A stretch of 63,833 nt of DNA, filler included, from Octopus bimaculoides (Eukaryota), in assembly GCF_001194135.2 (NCBI RefSeq). It is 4 parts of 4 records of this genome, joined end to end, with 100 filler letters (N's around TTAATTAATTAA, not from the genome) between each part and the next. Parts side by side here need not be neighbours in the genome. Positions count along the whole stretch, not along the records: positions 1 to 31,849 come from NC_068984.1; positions 31,950 to 52,061 come from NC_069007.1; 2 more parts are not named here. One strand, given 5' to 3'. The notes below the pieces were generated by a model, which was given only the letters and a program-made list of their open reading frames with translations, was not told the DNA's origin and did not search any database. Below are positions 25,744-38,890 of this stretch, in pieces (the first letter of the stretch is position 1; every line of letters begins with the position of its first letter). Position numbers and translations under genes: made by a program.

Positions 25744-25816
25744 CAGTGTAATGTCTATTTTGCTCTGCTGGAATTTCACAAGACAGTTCATTGGTTTCTA
25801 TAAGGTGATAAACATT
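25744..25816 (-). CDS. Candidate small BROMI exon, NVYHLIETNELSCEIPAEQNRHYT
   Basis: TTTTACAG acceptor and GTAATA donor; 73 nt, phase 0->1, chains in frame to 24264. Weak similarity to recalled IYELVRNQDLP. Confidence 0.35.
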
Positions 25817-26139
25817 CTGTAAAATTTTGCACATGTAATAAAACAATGAAGTCATTGTAATACCTCAGTGATTTGTTATCAATTACAGAGACAATGTACA
25901 GAATGTAAATGATGTTTGTGAGAAAGAAATAGCATTTAACAGTAATAGAAGCAGAACATTAGTGATGCCAACCATTTACAGGTTTCATATTAGAGTGTCT
26001 TTCTGTACAGTTGGTTATCTTAATGAAAACCTTTCTGACTGACTGCACACAGACAGAGTTATTAATGAAATAACTTCACACTGTTGCTATAAATGTGTTT
26101 ACATACATAACTTTTCCCAGCAGGACACCCACAATAAAA

Positions 26140-26730
26140 CATTCATATATATTGGTAATGAGACACTCATGCATTGAAGAGATACTCATATATTAATAAT
26201 GAGACTCTCATATATATTGATTTCAATTTATGACACAAGGCCAGCAACTTTGGAGGAGGGGTTAAATTAATTACATCGACTCCAGTGCCCAATTGGGGTC
26301 TTATTTTATCAACCCCGAAAGGATGAAAGGCAAAAATCAACCTTGGTGGAATTTGAACTCAGAACGTAAAAATGGACAAAATGCTGCTCAGCATTTTGCC
26401 TGGCACGCTAATGATCCAACCAGCTCACTGCCTAAGACTCTTATATATTCTGACAAGACACTTATTGACAATGAAACACTCATGTATTAATGGGACACAT
26501 ATATTGACAATGAGACACTCATATACATTGACATTGAGACTCTTGTATTGAGACACTCATAAAAAAATGTATCTTGAAATTGAGAAACCTAGGCCTTGAC
26601 ATTTAGACACCCATATCTTGACAATGAGACATTTATATATTGACACTGAGACACTTATACATTGATAATGAGACACCCAATATACTAACATTGAGACATA
26701 TTGACAAGACATTGACAATGAGACATTCAC
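26140..26730. repeat. Degenerate minisatellite of about 22 bp (GAGACACTCATATATTGACAAT), split by a family C SINE at about 26230-26432
   Basis: Repeated ATTGACAATGAGACAC motif on both sides of the SINE. Confidence 0.65.
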
Positions 26731-26862
26731 ATCTCACAAAAATCTGTAAACTGCTAATGTTGCGTACAAACTTCTGGAACAAATCCCCTCAAACTTAAAA
26801 AATGAGATACCAAATTCTTAAAAGAATATGATTGAAAAATCATTAAAATAAGACAAAAGAAA

Positions 26863-27245
26863 GATGCAGGTGTGGCTGTGTAATAAGAAACTTGCTTCTC
26901 AACTACATGATCCTGGGTTCAGTCCCACTGCATGGAACCTTGGGCAAGTGTCTTCTACTATAGCCTTGGATTTGGTAGACAGAAACTGAAAGAAGCCCCT
27001 CATATATACGTGTGTGTGTGTGTGTGTGTGTGTGTTTGTGTCTGTCCTCCCATCACTGCTTGACAACCAGTGTTGGTGTGTTTACGTCCCTGTAACTTAG
27101 CAGTTCAGCAAAAAGCAAGACATAAAATAATTATTAAGAATTAAGTACTGAGGTCGATTTGTTCAACTATAACTCCTCAAGGGTGGTGCTCCAGCATGGT
27201 TGCAGTCAAATGACTGAAACAAGTAAAAGAAAAAAAGAAAAGAAT
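26863..27245 (+). mobile_element. SINE family A
   Basis: Head to GTAAAAGA tail recognisable. Confidence 0.85.
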
Positions 27246-27654
27246 AAAAAAACAGTTGGCAAGATGCAAAAAAAAAAAAAAACCAATACCAGATTTTTTT
27301 TTAATGGGCCAATGAGAGAACCTTTATGATTGACCTGCATGAAATACCAGCTATATGTCCCTCAAGTCACATTCTATTGTGTTAAGGACTGGATAATGTG
27401 ATCTTGGGTACATTGTGACAAGAAAAAGATAGGGTGCTCATGGCTGGGATACATTTGGTCCTAAATTAGCCTAATGAAGGTTAACTTAGGGTTAAACAAC
27501 TGCAGCAGCAGCAGCAGAAACAATGGCACCAGCACACAACAATAACTGCAACAGCAACAAAGTTTTCCTTTCTCATAGTCATGTAATACATTGTTTTGGA
27601 TGACTGCTAAGAAAACTGTTTTTAAATCTTGACTTCAAATTTTGTCAGAGTTGT

Positions 27655-27950
27655 TGTTTGTTGGCACTCTGTCGTTTACGATGTCGAGGGTTCCAGTTGA
27701 TCCGATCAACGGAACAGCCTGCTCGTGAAATTAAAGTGCAAGTGGCTGAGCACTCCAAAGACACGTGTACCCTTAACGTAGTTCTCGGGGATATTCAGCG
27801 TGACACAGTGTGACAAGGCTGACCCTTTGAATTACAAGCACAACAGAAACAGGAAGTAAGAGTGAGAGAAAGTTGTGGTGAAAGAGTACAGCAGGGTTTG
27901 CCACCATCCCCTGCTGGAGCCTCATGGAGCTTTAGGTGTTTTCGCTCAAT
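27655..27950 (-). mobile_element. tRNA-type SINE (family B), truncated by a gap
   Basis: Near-identical to 43187-43575, with (AAC)n tail. Confidence 0.85.
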
Positions 27951-28860
27951 NNNNNNNNNNNNNNNNNNNNNNNNNNNNNNNNNNNNNNNNNNNNNNNNNN
28001 NNNNNNNNNNNNNNNNNNNNNNNNNNNNNNNNNNNNNNNNNNNNNNNNNNNNNNNNNNNNNNNNNNNNNNNNNNNNNNNNNNNNNNNNNNNNNNNNNNNN
28101 NNNNNNNNNNNNNNNNNNNNNNNNNNNNNNNNNNNNNNNNNNNNNNNNNNNNNNNNNNNNNNNNNNNNNNNNNNNNNNNNNNNNNNNNNNNNNNNNNNNN
28201 NNNNNNNNNNNNNNNNNNNNNNNNNNNNNNNNNNNNNNNNNNNNNNNNNNNNNNNNNNNNNNNNNNNNNNNNNNNNNNNNNNNNNNNNNNNNNNNNNNNN
28301 NNNNNNNNNNNNNNNNNNNNNNNNNNNNNNNNNNNNNNNNNNNNNNNNNNNNNNNNNNNNNNNNNNNNNNNNNNNNNNNNNNNNNNNNNNNNNNNNNNNN
28401 NNNNNNNNNNNNNNNNNNNNNNNNNNNNNNNNNNNNNNNNNNNNNNNNNNNNNNNNNNNNNNNNNNNNNNNNNNNNNNNNNNNNNNNNNNNNNNNNNNNN
28501 NNNNNNNNNNNNNNNNNNNNNNNNNNNNNNNNNNNNNNNNNNNNNNNNNNNNNNNNNNNNNNNNNNNNNNNNNNNNNNNNNNNNNNNNNNNNNNNNNNNN
28601 NNNNNNNNNNNNNNNNNNNNNNNNNNNNNNNNNNNNNNNNNNNNNNNNNNNNNNNNNNNNNNNNNNNNNNNNNNNNNNNNNNNNNNNNNNNNNNNNNNNN
28701 NNNNNNNNNNNNNNNNNNNNNNNNNNNNNNNNNNNNNNNNNNNNNNNNNNNNNNNNNNNNNNNNNNNNNNNNNNNNNNNNNNNNNNNNNNNNNNNNNNNN
28801 NNNNNNNNNNNNNNNNNNNNNNNNNNNNNNNNNNNNNNNNNNNNNNNNNNNNNNNNNNNN

Positions 28861-28920
<60 letters not shown>

Positions 28921-28974
28921 GGAGGTATTTGGGTACCTTGGTTTTAAAATTTCAATTCTCTTATCGTGGGCAGG

Positions 28975-29450
28975 TCTTCTTAAGTTCAGCAATGTGCCAC
29001 ATGTCTCAGTCCTCTGTCATCTCCTTCAAAAGGTTCAGCATTTTGAGATTGGCCTTCAATACTTCATTTCATGTCTTCCTGGATCTCCCTCTTCCACAAT
29101 TTCTCTCCACTTTGAGTGATCGACACTTCTTGATGCAACTGTCCTCAACCATCATCACATACCCAAACCAGCACAATCTCCTCTCTTGCACGCTGCATCA
29201 AATTCCTATTATGCCCAACTTCTCTCTCAATACACCAATGCTCTGTTGCACATGCACACTGCTATTGCACATCCAGCAGAACATATCAGCTTTGTTTCGC
29301 TCCAGCCTTCACATGTCCTCCACATTCAGAACCTACATCTTACTATCATACAGTATCGCAGTTTGTACACATGCACCATACAATCTTCCCTTCACTTGGA
29401 GAGAGAGATCTTTGGTTGCCAACAGAGATAAAAGCTCTCTGAACTTTCTC
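28975..29450 (-). mobile_element. RTE LINE RT C-terminal fragment
   Basis: WRKFRELLSLL...KGRLYGACVQTAILY...RLCWFGYV...KKCRSL remnants. Confidence 0.75.
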
Positions 29451-29459
29451 CATATATAC

Positions 29460-29525
<66 letters not shown>

Positions 29526-30253
29526 ATGGATGGATGGATATGTGTGAGGTGTATGTATGTGTGTTTGTCCACCTCCACTACTTGACAACCTTTGTTGGGT
29601 TATTTTTCTCCTAGTAATTAAGTAGTTCAACATAAGAGACTGATAAAATAAGAACCAGGCTTAAACACTAAGCACTGGGATTGATTTAATCAACTAAAAA
29701 TCTTCAAAGTGGTGCCCTAGTATGGCCACAGTCCAATGACTGAAACAAGTAAGAAAAAAGAAAAAAAGTAAAAGAACTTTATCTTTGATATTTTAGTATT
29801 CTCCACATCACACTGACTGGACCAATTTTTGTCTCCGGGTACTTTTGATAGCGCAGAACATAAAACTGTGAATGATGGGGTTTAATAGCCTGGAAAATTT
29901 ACAAAATTAAGAATAGTGTTTTTTGTTGAGGTGAGATTTGACAGTGAATGGAGTAGAGGATTTGAGTCTCCTGGCAGTTTAAGCAGTGAACGATGGTCTT
30001 ACTGATCAGTAAAGCATTTAATTATTAGATCAAATACCAAGGAAAAGCTAATCACTTATCAAATCTGAAAATTATTCTAGAATACAAAAATCTGAATCCC
30101 CAAGTGGAAAGTTCAACCTTGGAATTTCAGTTTAGTTTTAACAGCTCTACTTGCTTCAACCAACCCAACTGAAAATACACATACACTTGCTCTGTAAGGG
30201 ATTGGATACTATTAAGAATAACAGCTGGTGAAAATTGTGTGTGTGTATATATA

Positions 30254-30666
30254 TTACTCCTTACTCTTTTACTTGTTTCAGTCATATGACTGCGGCCATG
30301 CTGCAGCATTGCCTTTAGTCGAGCAAATCACCCCAGGACTTATTCTTTGCAAGCCTAGTACTTATTCTATCGGTCTCTTTTGCTGAACTGCTAAGTTATG
30401 GGGACGTAAACACACCAGCATCGGTTGTCAAGCGATGTTGGGGGGACAAACACAGACACACAAACATACACACACACACACACACATATATATACATATA
30501 TAAGACGGGCTTCTTTCAGTTTCCACCTACCAAATCCACTCACAAAGCTTTGGTCGGTCTCAGGATATAGTAGAAGACACTTGCACAAGGTGCCACACAG
30601 TGGGAATGAACCCGGAACCATGTGGCTGGTAAGCAAGCTACTTATCACATAGCCACTACTGCGCCT
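30254..30666 (-). mobile_element. SINE family A, full length
   Basis: Reverse complement of the consensus from head to tail. Confidence 0.85.
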
Positions 30667-30986
30667 ATATATNNNNNNNNNNNNNNNNNNNNNNNNNNNN
30701 NNNNNNNNNNNNNNNNNNNNNNNNNNNNNNNNNNNNNNNNNNNNNNNNNNNNNNNNNNNNNNNNNNNNNNNNNNNNNNNNNNNNNNNNNNNNNNNNNNNN
30801 NNNNNNNNNNNNNNNNNNNNNNNNNNNNNNNNNNNNNNNNNNNNNNNNNNNNNNNNNNNNNNNNNNNNNNNNNNNNNNNNNNNNNNNNNNNNNNNNNNNN
30901 NNNNNNNNNNNNNNNNNNNNNNNNNNNNNNNNNNNNNNNNNNNNNNNNNNNNNNNNNNNNNNNNNNNNNNNNNNNNNNNNNNNNNN

Positions 30987-31163
30987 GAATGACCACTAGG
31001 TGGACATCGAATATGCTAGAAAGAGGTCATCAACGACCCAACCACAAAGAAAAAAAGAAAAATAATGTTCTCCATAGAACATTCTGAAGAACAATATTTT
31101 TCTTTGTGGTTGGTCGTTGATGACCTCTTTCTAGCATATTGGATGTCCACCTAGTGGTCATCC
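30987..31163. repeat. Inverted repeat (arms of about 65 bp) with a central mini-hairpin
   Basis: ATGACCACTAGGTGGACATC...AACCACAAAGAAAAA pairs with TTTTTCTTTGTGGTT...GATGTCCACCTAGTGGTCAT, with few mismatches. Confidence 0.9.
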
Positions 31164-31849
31164 CTTATACATGTGTAATACAATTTTTCTGAATTTTCAG
31201 ATTTTTTTATATGCTAGGCCACTTGGTTTTAAATGGAATTAATATTCAATTTATCACCCTATCTATATAAATATATATATATATAGAACAGATAAGAGAA
31301 GTGAGGTGAGAGAGTAAATGTTCATTCCATTCAATTACAGCTATATATGTTCATATATATCATCATCATTGATTAACATCTGTTTTCCATGCTGGCATAG
31401 GTTCGATAATTTGATAGGAGTTGCCAGCTGGAGAGTTATCCAGACTCCAATTGTCTATTTTGCCATGGTTTCAATGGCTGGATGCCCTACCTAATGCCAA
31501 CCACTTTACAAAGTGTACTGCGTGCTTTTTACATGTTGGATGAGTTTATGTAGCACCAGAATGAGAGCATTTTACATGACACACACACACAAATATATGT
31601 TCATATATATATATATATATCTTAATATATAAATCTGAAATTGTGTGTTTGTGTGAAGTCTTTTTGAATGTTTATAGAAATCCACATTTTCCACTTTTTC
31701 GTAAAAATTTTTACATCAATGGAATTTTCTCGATCTGAACTTTCCACTGCAGTAATTAGATTTTTTAAAATTCCGTTTACTTTGTGTGATTTAAGGGAGA
31801 TTTGGCTGTTGTTTCTAGCAACTTTTATATTTCATCCCTGCTACCTGGA

Positions 31850-31949
31850 NNNNNNNNNNNNNNNNNNNNNNNNNNNNNNNNNNNNNNNNNNNNTTAATTA
31901 ATTAANNNNNNNNNNNNNNNNNNNNNNNNNNNNNNNNNNNNNNNNNNNN
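31850..31949. other. Scaffolding linker gap N44-TTAATTAATTAA-N44
   Basis: Same 100-nt format at 52062-52161 and 61841-61940; artificial six-frame-stop spacer. Confidence 0.9.
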
Positions 31950-32306
31950 TATATATATATATATATATATATATACATACATACATACATACATACATAC
32001 ATACATACATACATACATACATACATGGATATTTATATATCCCGTGCCAGTAGCACATACGATGCACCATCCAAACGTGGCTGATGCCAGTGTCGCCTGA
32101 CTGGCTCCTGTGCCGGTGGCATGTAAAAAGCACCCACTACACTCTTGGAGTGGTTGGCATTAGGAAGGGCATCCAGCTGTAGAAACTTTGCTAGATCTGA
32201 CTGGAGCCTGGTATGGCCTCCTGGGTTGCCAGTCCCCAGTCAAACCATCCAACCCATGCCAGCATGGAAAACGGACGTTAAACGATGACAACAATGATGA
32301 TGAAGG

Positions 32307-32349
<43 letters not shown>

Positions 32350-32821
32350 GCAGAAATATACACGTGCACACACATACATACACACATATATATATGGCAT
32401 GGAAGGCAGATTTGAAGCGATGATGATGATGAGATATANNNNNNNNNNNNNNNNNNNNNNNNNNNNNNNNNNNNNNNNNNNNNNNNNNNNNNNNNNNNNN
32501 NNNNNNNNNNNNNNNNNNNNNNNNNNNNNNNNNNNNNNNNNNNNNNNNNNNNNNNNNNNNNNNNNNNNNNNNNNNNNNNNNNNNNNNNNNNNNNNNNNNN
32601 NNNNNNNNNNNNNNNNNNNNNNNNNNNNNNNNNNNNNNNNNNNNNNNNNNNNNNNNNNNNNNNNNNNNNNNNNNNNNNNNNNNNNNNNNNNNNNNNNNNN
32701 NNNNNNNNNNNNNNNNNNNNNNNNNNNNNNNNNNNNNNNNNNNNNNNNNNNNNNNNNNNNNNNNNNNNNNNNNNNNNNNNNNNNNNNNNNNNNNNNNNNN
32801 NNNNNNNNNNNNNNNNNNNNN

Positions 32822-32864
<43 letters not shown>

Positions 32865-33080
32865 ATATGTTTGTGTGTCTGTGTTTGTCCCCCCAACACC
32901 GCTTGACAACCGATGCTGGTGTGTTTACGTCCCCGTAACTTAGTGGTTCGGCAAAAAGAGACTGATAGAATAAGTACTAGGCTTACAAAGAATAAGTCCT
33001 GGGGTCGATTTGCTCGACTAAAGGTGGTGCTCCAGCATGGCCACAGTCAAATGACTGAAACAAGTAAAAGAGTAAAAGAG
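32822..33080 (+). mobile_element. SINE family A, 3' half
   Basis: Matches the consensus 3' half. Confidence 0.85.
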
Positions 33081-33235
33081 TATACATTTACATTTTCATT
33101 CTACCAAATCCACTGTCAAGACTTTCATGGGCCTAGGGCTACAGGAGGAGACTGCAAAAGGTTGTAGATTCATAGAACACAAGGGTGGTGGGAGATTGTT
33201 AGAATGTATGGGTGACAGGTTGGAATGGTTTTTAG

Positions 33236-33420
33236 AGCAGTGGTAAAAATGCCTGTGGTATTTTTTCTGGTTCTTTTAGTTCTGAGTTCAAATCCTGTTG
33301 AAGTTAATTTTGCTGTTCATGCCCCCAGGGGGCCAATGAAATATAAAACCAACAGAATAAAGTACTAGGGTCAATGGAATCAATTAACCCCATCCCCTCA
33401 AAATTACTAGACTTGTGTTT
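33236..33420 (+). mobile_element. SINE family C, decayed
   Basis: GTTCTGAGTTCAAATCC box B-like motif and family C 3' region. Confidence 0.6.
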
Positions 33421-33505
33421 TAATTAAAAGCTTTTATTATTTACTAGAATGTTCCATTAATTGGGAAAATGGAATATTTATTGGCAAAACTGGCAGCTGA
33501 ATTAA

Positions 33506-33618
<113 letters not shown>

Positions 33619-33719
33619 ATGCATTCAAGTATACATGCATATATGTATCACATATCTATTTATGTACATACCTGTATGTACATGTTTGTATGCATGTATG
33701 TATGTATATGTATATATCT

Positions 33720-34391
33720 GTATTGCTTACCAACCATATGGTTCTGGGTTCAGTCCCACTGCATGGCACCTTGGGCAAGTGTCTTCTACTATAGCCTCTG
33801 GCTGACCAAAGCCTTGTGAGTGGATTTGATAGATGGAAACTGAAAGAAGCTCGTCGTATATATGTATATGTATATATATATGTGTGTGTGTGTTTGTGTG
33901 TCTGTGTGTCTGTGTTTGTCCCCCCAACATCACTTGACAACCGATGCTGGTGTGCTTACGTCCCCGTAACTTAGGAGTTCGTCAAAAGAGACCAAGAGAA
34001 TAAGTACTAGGCTTACAAAGAATAAGTCCTAGGGTTGATTTGCTCGNNNNNNNNNNNNNNNNNNNNNNNNNNNNNNNNNNNNNNNNNNNNNNNNNNNNNN
34101 NNNNNNNNNNNNNNNNNNNNNNNNNNNNNNNNNNNNNNNNNNNNNNNNNNNNNNNNNNNNNNNNNNNNNNNNNNNNNNNNNNNNNNNNNNNNNNNNNNNN
34201 NNNNNNNNNNNNNNNNNNNNNNNNNNNNNNNNNNNNNNNNNNNNNNNNNNNNNNNNNNNNNNNNNNNNNNNNNNNNNNNNNNNNNNNNNNNNNNNNNNNN
34301 NNNNNNNNNNNNNNNNNNNNNNNNNNNNNNNNNNNNNNNNNNNNNNATATATATATATGTGTGTGTGTGTGTCTGTATGAATATATGTATG

Positions 34392-34423
<32 letters not shown>

Positions 34424-34500
34424 CATATATATATAAAGGCGATGCTCCAACATGGACACAATCAAATGAGTGAAACAAGTAAAAAGAAAAAGAAAAAGAA
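33720..34500 (+). mobile_element. SINE family A sequence on both sides of a gap
   Basis: Consensus body at 33720-34046; tail at 34435-34500. Confidence 0.75.
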
Positions 34501-34729
34501 TATATATATAAATATATGTTCATTTATACATATAAACTTGCATATATGTGTGTTAGTGTGTGTTCCTGTATATGTTCATAAATGTATGGCTGTGTGTATG
34601 TGCATATATGTGTGTGTGTGTTTGTGTGTGTGTGCATGTATGTACATATGTATTAATGTATGTATGAGTTAATAATCGCAAATATCGAAGTCCTGAGAGC
34701 AATATGTCCAGAGGACAGAACACCTTTTT

Positions 34730-35090
34730 TACTACAGTTATTGATTATTTGTAGATCTGTTATGTCCCACAGATCGAATATCAATATACCTAGTGATGTC
34801 ACGTAGTTATTGATTTTTCTTTATTGGAACTATTGAGTCCCACAGATCAAACATCAATATATCTAACTGATTGTAATATAGTTATTGATTTCAAACTATT
34901 CAAACCCACTGATTGAACACCAATACGTCTAGCTAGTTGATTGTTGATCTGTAGTTATTGATCGGAACTGTTGAGTCTGACAGATCGATCACTGATATGT
35001 GATATGTTTAGCTTGTTGATGTATACTTATTGATTAAAACCTTTGAGCCTCATTGATTGAACACTGATACGTCTAGCTCGTTGATTTTCC
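34730..35090. repeat. Degenerate tandem array of about 66 bp, first locus
   Basis: GTTATTGAT...GAGTC.CACAGATC...ATCAATAT units; same family as 38070-39260. Confidence 0.7.
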
Positions 35091-35272
35091 TGGGTGTGAC
35101 ATCAGTTTTAAATCTTTAACACGGTAATTTTGGGAAGGTGGGTGGGGGCAGTCAATTGCACCGACCCCAGTGTTCAACAGGTATTTATTTTATCGACCCT
35201 GAAAGAATGAAAAGCATAGTTGACCTCAGCAGAATTCAAACTCTGAACATAAAGATATATAAAATGCTGTTG

Positions 35273-35430
35273 ATCTTGATATGAGATCACCATGTCGTGC
35301 ATATATGGTTGTGATGCATGTGCCTGGTGTACCCCTATCAGACGGGTAGTCATGGTGGGTATACTGGGCTTTGTATATTTGTACCCCAGTGTCACTTTGA
35401 TGGCATGCACTGCTCTCTCACTCAATAATA

Positions 35431-35504
<74 letters not shown>
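35273..35504 (+). mobile_element. Short retro-like element of about 150 bp with an (AAT)n tail
   Basis: Second copy at 47940-48093 with the same 5' start, ATCTTGATATGAGATCACC. Confidence 0.7.
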
Positions 35505-35506
<2 letters not shown>

Positions 35507-35830
35507 TATAGTGTTAATTGAGAAAGAAAGCAAACAATGCTGGATCATAGATATAGCATGCCCAGCTGACAACAAGGTATGTGATGAGGAAGAAAGGAAA
35601 GTTGATAGATATAACAGGTTAGCTTGAGAGGTTAAGCAGCTGTAGTCGCTGAAAAAGGTGGTGGTAGGATCAATAATTGTCGGAGCCCTGGGAACAGTGA
35701 GTAAAAATCTTGAGAAGTACATGGAACAAATAGGGGCTGCAATAAAGGTGGAGCGCTTGCAGAAAACTACTGCTTGGAACTGCTCGAATACTCCTGATGG
35801 TGCTCGAAAAATAAGGGGTGTTACCTTAGT
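35505..35830 (+). mobile_element. RLE-type (R4/Dong-like) LINE 3' fragment
   Basis: DIVLIEKESKQCWIIDIACPAD..EERKVDRY..LA..IIVGALGTV..LQK, a PD-(D/E)xK restriction-like endonuclease motif, with stops. Confidence 0.8.
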
Positions 35831-36209
35831 TCACTGGTAGTGAACAGCTGACACCGTAGTACACCTCCAGCATTAGAAGCTTGTGGCCATACCCAACCAT
35901 GAATAAGGCTACAGGAGTAAACTCTGGGGGAAAACCAAGAGTTGAAGTCCCAACAGCAGTTCAGCATTGTTCACAACCACATTTTGGTAATTCCTGTGAC
36001 AATGCTGGTGCCAAATTGTAAGAGCCATGCTGTTCCTTTGGGTCCATCAGTGATGTGGAATGTTGTTGGTGGTGGTAGTGGGGAGCAGGACATGCTGCAT
36101 GAGCATCAACCTGTCCTCCATACAATGCTGCCCAATCTTGGGTCCTATGGAATGCCTATATTAGAGATATTGATGGAATGGGAAAGAAGAGAGGTAACTG
36201 GCACACCAT

Positions 36210-36520
36210 TGGTTACAATGACAAGTGTTCCAGTTGATCCAATCAGCAGAACAGCTACCTTGTGAAATTAACAAGCGAGTGGCTGAGTGCTCCGCAGACA
36301 CACGTATCCTTAACATAGTTCTCAGGGAGATTCAGTGAGGCACAGAATGTGACAAGACTGGTTCCTTTGAATTACAGGTACAACTCATTTTTGTCAGATG
36401 AGTGGATTGGAGCAACGTGAAATAAAGTGACTTGCTCAAGCACACAATGTGCAACCAGGAATTAAACTCACAACCTAACAACCATGAGCTGAATAACTCT
36501 AACCAATAAGCTATGTGCCT
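36210..36520 (-). mobile_element. Decayed SINE sequence (family B 3' part adjoining a family E 5' part)
   Basis: GTTCCAGTTGATCC..GTGGCTGAG (family B) followed by AATAAAGTG.CTTGCTCAAG (family E). Confidence 0.55.
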
Positions 36521-36624
36521 TCACAGTTGATGAGGGGTGGATCCATTGCAGAGAACACTACAATTTGAACAGCCCTGGAACAGACCCCCAAGTGCAGTTT
36601 GTGTGACAGAGACTACCAATAATC

Positions 36625-36838
36625 CTTTCTACTATAAGCACAAGGCCTGAAATTTGGTGGGAGGGGACCAGTCGATTAGATCGACCCCAGTACACAACTG
36701 GTATTTAATTTATCAACCCCGAAAGGATGGAAGGCAAAGTTGACCCTAGGGGCATTTGAACTCAAAACATGAAGACAGACGAAATACCACTAAGCATTTT
36801 GCCCGGCATGCTAATGATTCTGCCAGCTCCCTGCCTTA
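36625..36838 (-). mobile_element. SINE family C
   Basis: Homologous to 48274-48510. Confidence 0.8.
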
Positions 36839-37539
36839 GAGACTACTAATAATGCATTAGACTGTTCAGCCACAGACAACACTCTTCCAGTCAGGCAGAC
36901 CATTAGGACCTTTTTTCAGGGCCATTAATGAAAGACAGAGGCCATATATATATATATATANNNNNNNNNNNNNNNNNNNNNNNNNNNNNNNNNNNNNNNN
37001 NNNNNNNNNNNNNNNNNNNNNNNNNNNNNNNNNNNNNNNNNNNNNNNNNNNNNNNNNNNNNNNNNNNNNNNNNNNNNNNNNNNNNNNNNNNNNNNNNNNN
37101 NNNNNNNNNNNNNNNNNNNNNNNNNNNNNNNNNNNNNNNNNNNNNNNNNNNNNNNNNNNNNNNNNNNNNNNNNNNNNNNNNNNNNNNNNNNNNNNNNNNN
37201 NNNNNNNNNNNNNNNNNNNNNNNNNNNNNNNNNNNNNNNNNNNNNNNNNNNNNNNNNNNNNNNNNNNNNNNNNNNNNNNNNNNNNNNNNNNNNNNNNNNN
37301 NNNNNNNNNNNNNNNNNNNNNNNNNNNNNNNNNNNNNNNNNNNNNNNNNNNNNNNNNNNNNNNNNNNNNNNNNNNNNNNNNNNNNNNNNNNNNNNNNNNN
37401 NNNNNNNNNNNNNNNNNNNNNNNNNNNNNNNNNNNNNNNNNNNNNNNNNNNNNNNNNNNNNNNNNNNNNNNNNNNNNNNNNNNNNNNNNNNNNNNNNNNN
37501 NNNNNNNNNNNNNNNNNNNNNNNNNNNNNNNNNNNNNNT

Positions 37540-37797
37540 ATATATATATATATGTATATGTATGTGTGTGTATATGTTTGTGTGTCTGTGTTTGTCCCCC
37601 CACCATCGCTTGACAACCGATGCTGGTGTGTTTACGTCCCCAAAACTTAGCAGTTCGGCAAAAGAGACCGATAGAATAAGTACTAGGCTTCCGAAGAATA
37701 AGTCCTAAGGTCGATTTGCTCGACTAAAAAGGCGGTGCTCCAGCATGGCCGTAGTCAAGTGACTGAAACGGGTAAGAGAGTAAGAGAGTAAGAGAGT
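37540..37797 (+). mobile_element. SINE family A, 3' half
   Basis: Matches the consensus with GTAAGAGA tail. Confidence 0.85.
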
Positions 37798-37799
37798 AT

Positions 37800-38070
37800 G
37801 TCAGTGGTTCTCTGCTTGAGTTCCTCTAGGCTTGTAGGAAGAGGTGGGAGATATAGACCAACCCTCTCACATAGCCCCATAGAAGAAAATAAACAAGGTG
37901 TCAAGTGAGGTGAACATGGTGGCCATTTTGACAGCACATTGTCATTATCACTGGTATGCCTGATCCAAACTTAGTTTTTACACATTTTGTTAAAATTTGA
38001 GATCATTTGAGCAAGAATTGGCTATGTTATCAGATTACAAAATGATGTCAGTTTTTGGAGACACCCTGTT
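37800..38070 (-). mobile_element. Internally deleted Tc1/mariner remnant
   Basis: WPPCSPHLTPC..LYLPPLPTSLEELKQR (WPPRSPDLTP motif); TIR-like ACAGGGTGTCTCCAAAA near 38070. Confidence 0.75.
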
Positions 38071-38397
38071 TATCAACCTAGTTGATTTGTAGCTATTAAT
38101 TTAAAAGTTTTGAGTCTCACTGATCAAAAATCAATATATCTCGATAGTTGATCTGTATTTTTCAATATGGAAGTGTTGAGTCTTACAGATCAAAGATCAA
38201 TATTTATCTAGCTAGTTGATTTGTTGCTAGTGATTTAAAAGTGTTGTGTCTCACGAATCAAAACTTGATATATTTCGATTGCTGATTTGTAGTTATTGAT
38301 TTGGTAGTGTTGAGTCACACATATCAAAGATTGATATATCTGACTAGCTGATTTGTAGTTATTGATTCGGAGGTATTGAGTCTCATAGATCAAAGAT

Positions 38398-38434
<37 letters not shown>

Positions 38435-38859
38435 NNNNNNNNNNNNNNNNNNNNNNNNNNNNNNNNNNNNNNNNNNNNNNNNNNNNNNNNNNNNNNNNNN
38501 NNNNNNNNNNNNNNNNNNNNNNNNNNNNNNNNNNNNNNNNNNNNNNNNNNNNNNNNNNNNNNNNNNNNNNNNNNNNNNNNNNNNNNNNNNNNNNNNNNNN
38601 NNNNNNNNNNNNNNNNNNNNNNNNNNNNNNNNNNNNNNNNNNNNNNNNNNNNNNNNNNNNNNNNNNNNNTATCAAAAGTCTTTGAGAATAATAAAAAATG
38701 TTAAAAAACTAACATTTTTTATTATTCTCAAAGACTTTTGATAATCTTTTTCTAAAAAAGTGAAACCAGTTAAGTAAATAAATATTTTTTAAAAATAAGT
38801 GCATTTTCAAACCTTCTTTCATATATATATATATATATATTGATCTTTGATCAATAAGC

Positions 38860-38890
<31 letters not shown>

